Of a stretch of DNA of 64,000 nucleotides, positions 53,715 through 64,000 are shown piece after piece. How positions within the stretch are numbered: the stretch's first letter is position 1; every line of letters starts with the position of its first letter. The DNA comes from Octopus vulgaris (taxonomy: Eukaryota): positions 67,270,001-67,334,000 of the forward strand of contig OX597818.1 in NCBI GenBank assembly GCA_951406725.2, read 5' to 3'. The position numbers and the translations under genes are program-made. The notes under the pieces were generated by a model. That model saw only the letters and a list, made by a program, of their open reading frames with translations, was not told the origin of the DNA and did no database searches.

Positions 53715-53916
53715 GTTAAAAATGTAAGTGGGAGTATCGGAAGAGGAGTAAGTCGATTACATCAACCATAGTGTTCAACTAGTACTTATTTTATCGACCC
53801 CTAAAAGACGAAAGACAAAGCTCACATCGGCAGGCTTTGAGGTGGGAACGTAAAGACGGACGATCGGCGACTAAGCATTATGTCCAGCGCGGTAACGATT
53901 CTGCCAGCTCATCGTC
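53715..53916 (-). mobile_element. SINE family A (degenerate)
   Basis: aagtcgattacatc…ttatcgacccc…taacgattctgccagctc. Confidence 0.65.
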
Positions 53917-55843
53917 TTAATTTGACATAGATTATTGTGAACATGAAATTGATTTGATTTTGACTTAAACGAAGCGGAGTGAGGCTGATTCTATGGTCAC
54001 TTAACCTACTAGGTAGAAAGAGCATCCAACGTTCCCGCAAACGACAAATTAAGCTTTGAAGAGGAAAGAACACTATATTTAAGATATTGTTAGATTGCCT
54101 AAGAAAACAACCGAATTGTCGTGCCTTCAACATCTTTGATCTTAGTTCAGTGATCAAAGATGTTCAAACATCAAAAGCTGAACGAGATGCTTCGAGCTGT
54201 AAAGATTCTGTCAACTTTCCGCCTAAGTTTGTTAATTCATTTATCAGTCCTTGGAGGGAAAACATCAAATTCGACTTCGGCAGGTTGGAACACTGCGAGC
54301 AAAGACCAGAAGCAAATACGAAAATACATATATATGATGGTCACACGGCTTTACTGATTCAAATCATGATTTAATTTAGATTTTTCCTGGTGAATTAATT
54401 TTTATCATCACGATGTTTATCTGACCAGAAGACTAACCAGCGATCGTCAAACTTCCACCTAAACAGCAGTTTTACAGCGTTTACATTTAAATTTACAATT
54501 TGAAGTAATATGGCGTCTAATGATATTCAGTAGTCGGTAGTATTCGACTGAATAGAAACAGGTGCCATAATATGTTAACGTAGGACTACAAATAAGGAGA
54601 AAGATAGGAAGTATTTATATTCCTAGATCATAACACATTCACTATCTCTTTCACGGATTATTTGAACTCACCTCGATAGAGTTGGCAGCGTTTAAGAAGG
54701 CATGCAGTGAAATATTCACGTGATTAAATTTAATTTCTTCCGGCATTTTATGATCACATTTTGTTTGAATGGTTCATAATATTGTACACTCACGAGATTC
54801 TAGGTTCGATTTAACATCGTTACCTTTACGCCAAATGTATTTTAAAATAAAGTGAGATTTGTAAAAGCCATTTGAGTGAGAATAAATGTTAAACAGAATG
54901 GCTGAATATCAGAACTTGGAGACTCGTTAAGAGCATATGTCTGCGGAATGTTTGACTAATTACGCATTCTATCAATAATGAGTAGCTCCTTTGAACATGC
55001 ACTGAACCTCCACACTCTAAACCTTTCAAAGTATACCTATTTATTATGCTTGTCTGAAAACACGTAGGGTCAAATACCAGATCACTGTAATTGCAAATGC
55101 CGTGTTACAGACTATGTGAAACCTTGCCAATATTAGACTCTTTGGTGTGTTTTACTTGCGTCGGATTCGCAAAATATGTTGTTCTCTATTATATTTTTGT
55201 GGTTGCGTTATGTAATTAATATTCGAAATTACAGAACTTTTTTGCGTCAGCTTCAGTTCCGTCAAAAACATATACAAATGATTCTGTTTACGGAATTGCG
55301 AAAGATCGGCTGATGCACGAGATTCGCTGATAAGTTATAAATACACCCGAATTTTTTTGCAGAATTGCTTAGCATAATTTCAAACCAATTAGACATTGAA
55401 TTATGGTTTTCTTTACTTCCGTTTTCTTTATTGTTGTCTTTGTAAAAACATTGGTAATTTGTTTAAATGGATAAGTTTAATGACTAATTGAACAACACCT
55501 CTCTGTTGTGATTAGGCGATGTGATCGAGGAAGATGTGCAGCAAAGGTGAACAGTGGGCGACTGGAAGAAATTAGGCGTGTTCAGGGTGTGGGTCAATAG
55601 AATGTTCCGGTGAGACTTTGTTTTTATTTGGCATTTTATTATTGTCAAGTGTGAAAATATGTAAAAAAAGTGACAAATTCAGATCACAACATTGTTTCAT
55701 AGAGTTGTTTTTGTTGCTTATAATGTTGCCAAGAGAATGTTTGTACATGTATTAGTTGCTGACAAGTAATTTTAGGATTGACTTCGATGTCACTGTCAAA
55801 ATTTTCCCTGTAAAAGTTTTATAAACATGTATTCTACGAAATA

Positions 55844-55935
<92 letters not shown>

Positions 55936-56490
55936 GTGTCTGTGTGTGTGTCTGTGTAATACATGTAATGACCTAAACACATTAACGCAAAAACACTCAG
56001 AAAAAGGAAGGAAGAAACAAAGAAAGAAAGAGTGAGAGAGAGAAATATTCCCTCGTGCTGAAAGAAATATTTTACGCGTGATGCTTTGCTAGAAAACTAT
56101 TAAGAAATTTGCCACGTACAGGGTTCACACCAAGAATCACGTGAATGAGATGCGAAATTCTTGATACACCAAATAAATCCCGTAATTATTTTTAAGTTTG
56201 CTGTCGAGCAATTTCAAAATATTTCCTATATAACCAAAAACGAAGAAATTTTCTGCTATAATTGCTTTTCGAAATTTCATGATTATAGACTGCTATCCAC
56301 TTGATGCTGCTCGTTTCAGGAATAAGTCTTCACTAATGAGATAGTAGAGAAGATATCTCGATGCATTGAGTAATGACACCTCTGTTTGTTCTGCCATGTC
56401 TATTAGATTTCACACAACGAAATTATACTTTAACATTGTACGTCTCTTAAAGCAGGGAACGAGGACACACTCCCAGCAGCAAAGCGCATA

Positions 56491-56533
<43 letters not shown>

Positions 56534-56799
56534 GCGCACACATATATACATGCATATACGCACTCGCACAAACTTTTCTAAGTAGTTTGTATATTCCGAG
56601 ATACATGTCTGTCACTATTTTCAACATCACGAGCATGTCAATATATGCATATATGAATATACATAACTATATCTATATCTATATACATATATATAAATGT
56701 GTGTGTATGTAGTTTTCTCTTACGTATATATACGTATATATGTATGTATGTATATATATATACATTTATATATGATGTAAGTATATGCATAATTATATA

Positions 56800-56838
<39 letters not shown>

Positions 56839-57085
56839 TCACATATATATATATATATACAATTATATATATAATCGTCTCTCTCACTCTCTCCCTTTAC
56901 AAACATATGTGTGTGTATATCTATGTGTATATTACACGCACCCACAATCACAATCGCACACACACTCATAAAACTCTCGCATCCCTATATACATTGCATT
57001 TTGGGAAATACATGTCGATATATTTCAAACTGCTGTGCATATCGGTATATAAAGACAAATATTGAAACATACTCACACATGCACA

Positions 57086-57137
<52 letters not shown>

Positions 57138-57207
57138 CATGTATATATATATACATATATGATTTTGGGATATATATATAGACACACACCTATATATATA
57201 TATATAG

Positions 57208-57243
<36 letters not shown>

Positions 57244-57412
57244 GTGTGTCTGTGTGTATACGCACAAACACGGGTGTCCGTATATGTGCTTGTATATATC
57301 TGTCTATGTAGATGTTTGTGACTGCAAATACATGAGTCCATAAATATATATGTTTTGTGTATGTATACGTGTAAATTTTGGTATATATATTCATTGTATG
57401 TATGTGTGTATG

Positions 57413-57447
<35 letters not shown>

Positions 57448-57799
57448 GTATTTCTAAATATCGATACAACTTCACGTAAGAAATATTATGAAAAGCATTC
57501 AAAGGGAGAAAAGGAGGAAAAAACATAAAACCGGAAAGATTTAGATAAGATGTGCACTACAAATTCTTGGTCGTTGGGATGGTGTTTATTTGTATGTATG
57601 TGCGTATGTGCATCCATGTGTGTGTGTTTCTCCGTGTGTTGTGATGATGTACTTTTCTGTACGCGTCAGCGTTTCACATCAGAATGTATAAGCATGATTT
57701 ACACATCCAATTTAAATTTGATTCAAGTACACACAGCGAAAGTTATATTACGTATACTTAAACACACACATATGTATATATATGTGTGTGTGTGGAGTA

Positions 57800-57899
<100 letters not shown>

Positions 57900-57996
57900 T
57901 TTGTGTATAAATACATATGTATATATGTATATTTATATATATATGTGTGTGCTGGACACATATACAGATACACACATACACGCACATGTATTTATG

Positions 57997-58039
<43 letters not shown>

Positions 58040-58642
58040 ATAAACACATGCACACACATGAATATTCATACATATAACCACTTCCATATCCACACATATA
58101 GGTGTGTGTGTGTGTGTATACATGTATATATGTGCGTGCCTCGTGTATGTATGTAAAGTCTTATGTTCGAAGGAGATGAAACGATAGCCACTGACAATTG
58201 CTGACGTCCGCGTATCTCTCAACGACACACAATCACTATTATATGTGAAACGATATCAAGAATAATTGCATGGCGTAAACTCGTACACATTGTGGCTTGA
58301 GTCGATGCTAAACGATTCGATCTAATTAAGATAAGTTATATATCCTGCTATGAATAGCAGTTTGCTCCACTGTAACAGCAGTGAAGAAGACATTTTCATT
58401 GGTCATAAGAAACGCTTGGAATATAACTGCTCGTATTCAGACAGCTGAATATTGATTCTACCTTTGTACTGCCACCTATTGGAGTATTTAGCCTTTAATT
58501 AGTCGTGATATCTGTTTATATGCTTCTTCTGCTTAAATTGGAGTCAGTGATCGGTGCTGGCTGCTTGATTGTCTTCTATTTATAGAGACACAGGAAATGT
58601 TTAATTCTAAATGGGGCCGAGCGTTTGATTAACAAATAGGTG

Positions 58643-58678
<36 letters not shown>

Positions 58679-59010
58679 AACACATACAAACACACGGATA
58701 ACAAACATGTGGTCATGCATACAAATGCGAACACACAGAGATGTCTGCTGTTTGGGTTTCCAAAGAAGAGTGACGAAAGGAACTTCGAAGTGTAACAAAC
58801 ATAGTCAGTGAAGATAATGAGCATTTCTATAGTTTGATGTAAAATTGCCTTAACCTAACATGAATAAAATCGAAAATAAAGAGATATGCTTCTATGAATG
58901 CAAGCGAATGACTGAATATACATGTGTGTGTGTGTGTGGGGGCTTATATATATATATATATATATGTGCGTCTGTATGTATATATATGCATGTATTTGTG
59001 TGTATATACG

Positions 59011-59432
<422 letters not shown>

Positions 59433-59463
59433 GTATTACTATGTTATATATACATACATACAT

Positions 59464-59557
<94 letters not shown>

Positions 59558-59590
59558 TAATATAAATACATGTACATATATATAAATATT

Positions 59591-59995
59591 GTGGCTGTGT
59601 GGTAAGTAATTTGTTTACCGATCACATGTTTCCGGGTTCAGTCCCACTGCGTGACACCTTGCGCAAGTATTTTCTACTATAGCCCCGGGTCGACTAAGGC
59701 CTTGTGTGGGGATCTGGTAGATGGAAACTGAAAGAAGCCCGTCGTATATATGTATGTATATGTGTGTGTGTGTGTGTGTGTATGTTTTTGTGTCTGTGTT
59801 TGTCCCCCCCAACATCGCTTGACAACCGATGCTGGTGTGTTTACGTCACTGTAATTTAGTGGTTCGGCAAAAGAGACCGGTAGAATAAGTAGTAGGCTTA
59901 CAAAGAATAAGTCAAGGGATCGATTTTCTCGACTAAAGGCGGTGCTCCAGCATGGCGACAGTTCAATAACTGAAACAAGTAAAAGAGTAAAGAGA

Positions 59996-59996
<1 letters not shown>
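59591..59996 (+). mobile_element. SINE family B, full length
   Basis: tRNA-like head gtggctgtgtggtaag…ccgggttcagtccc, internal (TG)n, tail ctgaaacaagtaaaagagtaaagag. Confidence 0.85.
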
Positions 59997-60037
<41 letters not shown>

Positions 60038-60579
60038 ATAAATGATGTAGCGTCCGCTTGTTTGTGATATATGCTTGTGTATATGCTTGTGTGTATATGC
60101 TTGTGTGTATATATATGTATATATACGAGTGTGTGTTTGTCTCTGTGTATATTTTGAATTATATATCCAAAGGAAGAAATGTCTGACGTTTGATATTTCG
60201 TGTCTGATTAAACTGGTGAAGAAAGAATTTGTTCCAAGAAAATGAAGACCTGTATATTACATGTTTCTGTATGCAGAATTAAACAATAATGTCAAATACT
60301 TTGTATCATCTACAGTTTCTCTGTTCCACGTTATCACTCTCAATTCCTGCTACGTGGGTTAAATTTCAGTTAAGCTGTGGAAATGCGAAGCTAACGTTTT
60401 AAGAAATACTCCTAATTTAAAAGTTTTATGAATAGAATTAACTTACTGAAATCATAAATTTAGCCAATAAGTCAACGTGACACCGAAGCTTGGCAACACT
60501 GAGTCGATGAGTCACCGATGGTTTGTCTGCCGTGTGCATGACGTGCAGGCGTGCGGACGTATACTAAGTTCACATATTC

Positions 60580-61460
60580 CATTCAAATTCATAACGCCAG
60601 GAAACTGTATAAACATCGTAAGCAACTTATACTATATTTACGCTGACTTAACATTCACGTCACAAAGACGGCGTTTCACGCCATTGATTAATTATTTTGA
60701 CTGCGAAGTGAATGACCAGGATAAAAGCTTTGCCCCCGTGTGTGTTGTGTAATCTGTGTCAGTCTTCTCACTGAATGATCCAAAGATTCAAGCAATATGC
60801 ATTTGTGCCATCCCTATTACTTGGAGATAGCCCAAAGATTACTACTTCTGCATGACGAATATATTAAGTACAACATCAACATCGAAGCATACTGTAGAAT
60901 ATCCTAATTTACAATCTGTTATGAGACCAGAACTTCACAGAAACAACTTACTTGTACCTAACTCTCCAAAACAAACGAAACTTAGTGATGATGAGTCAAG
61001 TGATAAAGATGTGGAAAAAAAAAACAAAGGACATGGTCTTTGAGCCAAATTGTTCTTTGAGTGAACCACATTTTTTGAGTCTGAGAGATTTAAACTTGTC
61101 GAAAATACAAGCGGAACTTCTTGGTTCAAGGTTAAAGGGCTGAAATCTATTCCAGAATAGTTTGTATTGTACTCGGCATTGAGATTTTTCAAATGTTTTC
61201 TTACTTGAGAATGGTATGGTGCTTTCTAATGATTTATATTCTGTTATGGACGAACTTCGCCTCAAATATAACACGAATGAATGGCTTTTCTTTACTGACT
61301 CCTCAAAAGTAAGCCTGAAAGCAATTTTACTCTATAATGGAAATAAGTTAACTCCTGTTCGGTTGGCCCATGCAGCTAACATGAAAGAAATGTATGAGAC
61401 TATGAAGCTTCTGTTTTAAATAAGTATGAGGAACGTAAGTGGAATGTTTGTAGTGAAAGA
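60580..61460 (+). pseudogene. Chapaev3-like transposase relic
   Basis: NYFDCEVNDQDKSFAP…WR.PKDYYFCMTN…VEYPNLQS.MRP…NLSKIQAELLGSRLKG…EW.FFTDSSKVSLKAILLYNGNK…LAHAANMKE.YE.MKLL; homologous to 26441-27438. Confidence 0.8.
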
Positions 61461-62419
61461 CGTAGATGTACGCTTCTGTGCGTATGACTGAGTATATATA
61501 AATATTGTTATTATATGACTGAGCACCTCGCGTCGTTTCTTATCCTCCAAGTAAGTTTTTATATATATATATATACAGAAAGCGAGAGAGGGAGAGAGAG
61601 AGAGAAGGAGAAATAGAGAGAGGAAGAAGAAAGATATAGAGTATTTCTTACAGAAAAAAAAAATCATATCCGTCTGTAATTTTTCCATTATTTCTGTATC
61701 ATTTAATTCAACAAACGATTGTTCTCGTATAATTTCCTGTGACTATCCATTTAGAATTTTGATAAATCTTTGTATATTTCTATTAACGAAATAAGAATAA
61801 TTATTTCAAGCACAAATACGTTGCAAGTGAAATGTCACCTGCTCTACCTCTCCCTGTGGTCGTTTGAACAGTTACTAGTAGATATTTCGAAGTTTACGAC
61901 AACGTATCTCTATCATTTGAATGCAGTTAAGTATTTAATTAAGGTTTCAAGTTTCCTCTCGTTTCAGATAAGTTTATACTCCCCGGAGGAGGGAATTAAT
62001 GTGAAACACAGCAATAAACACGCCCAAAACCTAATGTATGCATAAAAGCGTCATAAATATGATTTGTAGTATCGAATGGGTTTCTCTAAATGTAGCCAGT
62101 GACATATACTCTGTACAAGATTTACTCTCTTTCCGAGCAGAACTGAGAGAAAGATAAATGTACGATTTGTATATTAGAAGGAATTCCTCAAGGAATTATC
62201 ATAAATTTCTGTCACATTTCGAAATGGTTTTGAAATATCAACCAACGAATATGTTTATAGTAAATGAATTAATTAATAATTAATGCAGTAATAAAAGGTA
62301 GTATTGATATAGAGCACTTAGAGAAATAGTAGAGGAAAGTCCATGATTTTATATACTGAATACAAAAGTGAAATGTTACATAAATACATACACAAATACA
62401 TACATACATACAGAGAGCG

Positions 62420-63250
62420 TATGAAAATTTACCATCAAACCTGGACGGGAAAGAAGATATTTATGGAGAGATAATGCAGAACTTACAGCTCTTGTGCTCT
62501 GGTTATAGATTCACCTTAGTAACTACATGAGGCTACATACCTACAAATTTGCAGAAAAATCTAGAAATATTAGTTTTTTCGAAGAAGGGTCGAAACAAAT
62601 TAATCTCCAAGTTCAATCTATTAATAGCAAAGTGGAGAATTATAAAACATTACAAATATTCTACATCTGAGCTTCAGAAGCATGGACTTTGGAGCTTGCA
62701 TCGGCAGTTCAAGCAACGCCTTAACTCAACGCATCTTTATAAGCACAATGGACTCCAACTCAAAATTCGTGTTGCTTTGCTTGCGACCGGTTCGATATCT
62801 CTCGTGAAGACCTTAAGCCTAACTCAAGAAATATACATACATGGTGTAATCACATTTGATCGTTAAGAAGCAATGGTCATGCATAACGCCAGCCATGCCT
62901 GCGCAAAATTTTAGGTCAAATAAGATTTTCTCGAGACTTCAAAAGATGCATATTTAGTGCTAAAAGGAGTTCGAGAATGTATAGAGAGTCGTTAGAATTC
63001 AGTGAATAGTCTGCTTTCTAACCTTTAAAAAAGTGACAGCCTTCTTTCTGAGGTGATATTAACGACATTAATGTCTGAAGTACCTATCCTGTAGCCTGAA
63101 GTGCAGGTCTAAAATGGATTTGGAAATTGTAGTTGGTGAAGTTTGGATATATGGCTTGGTTTTCTGTCGGTTTCGACAACGAGTATTGCAGTTGATCCGG
63201 TCAACGGAACAGCTTGCTCGTGAAAAGAAATTGGAAGTTGCTGAATACTC
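62420..63250 (+). pseudogene. possible Penelope-like RT relic
   Basis: Weak, frameshifted motifs in PLE order: TIKP..G; PTNLQKNL; LY…GL…ATGS..L.K.L; LVL.GV; FDNEY. Confidence 0.3.
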
Positions 63251-63282
63251 CCCAGACACGCGTCACATTAACGTGACTCTGA

Positions 63283-63364
63283 GCGACATTCAGTTTAACA
63301 CAGTATTATAAATTCAGCCCTTTATACATCCGGGTTTATAATACTGTGTTAAACCGAATGTCGC
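63283..63364. repeat. 30-bp inverted repeat (63283-63312 / 63335-63364)
   Basis: gcgacattcagtttaacacagtattataaa versus tttataatactgtgttaaaccgaatgtcgc, 1 mismatch. Confidence 0.9.
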
Positions 63365-63379
63365 ATGTACAGCTCATTT

Positions 63380-63750
63380 TAAAACTGAGAGATAATGAGC
63401 CTGGGAATCGAACACACAATCTGTATAATCTTGAACCAACCACAATAACTACTAAGCCACATTCTAAATGAATTCTGATGCAGCACACATGAAAGTGCTT
63501 TACTCCTGCTCAAAGTTTGGAAGACTTTTGAGATTGCTGAAGTCCAGCAAATCACAAATGATAAATTGTCATGGGTAACTGACATTTGAAATGTGATGAT
63601 CTGGATCTCGGCTCGCAAGTGATCCGATCCGATGAAGTACCGCCGCTGCATGCTGATCCAGCTTGACTAGAATTCATTTTGGTCAAGTCCTTCCATCCTA
63701 GTAACCCCTGCCCCCACTACCCGAGCTTCATGGAGGGGAGGTTTTCGCGC
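63380..63750 (-). pseudogene. degenerate Tx1/L1-like RT fragment
   Basis: IGSDHLRAEIQII…ISKVFQTLS…VL…F..WL loosely resembles I.DNL..IR.II…QSKAFDRV…VL…F..WI. Confidence 0.3.
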
Positions 63751-64000
63751 TTTTCGTTGGATATATATGAATGTAAAGCGAAAGAAAATTTAAATAACAC
63801 TTAGCACTAAATTCTTTGATGAACCTAAGTATTTTAGATAAAAGTAGGATAATACATATAACATACCATAGAGAGCAGTTAACTTCAAGGAATGTGGCGC
63901 AACTAAAATGTCACTTGGCAAAATGAACAATAAAAGCAACATAACACATTGAGTTTCACACAAAGTAGAAGAATATTTATTTATAGTAAATCAAAACAGG

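Noticed and set aside
61975-62045. cggagga-ggg…ccc-aaaac…gta
   Set aside because: Two core mismatches and no stem I; too degenerate to call.

Overview
This is AT-rich, microsatellite-dense eukaryotic non-coding DNA. The SINE families look like those of Octopus/coleoid cephalopods (inference from recalled motifs, no database search). I found no intact host protein-coding gene; nearly all listed ORFs are translations of (TA)n/(CA)n/(TATC)n/(CTT)n or of decayed transposons. Decayed elements include tRNA-derived SINEs (3 families), LINE fragments (RTE, Tx1/L1, CR1/L2, RLE-type HERO/NeSL- and R4-like), two Chapaev3-like transposases, a mariner 5' half and four non-autonomous Helitrons. The most notable signal is a set of short insertions from about 8 unrelated sequence families, mostly sitting in (TA)n tracts. 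Many are head-to-head inverted repeats and carry type I hammerhead ribozyme (HHR) folds with palindromic stem III, the hallmark of Penelope-like element (PLE) pseudo-LTRs and retrozymes. The best example is 46038-47659: one inverted plus about 2.3 tandem copies of a ~485-bp unit, with three complete HHRs that have an unusually long stem II. Two same-strand cleavage sites would release a 485-nt monomer, a candidate circular RNA. Several HHRs have non-canonical cores, including a compensatory G3-C8 swap. All folds were derived by eye and ribozyme activity is untested.
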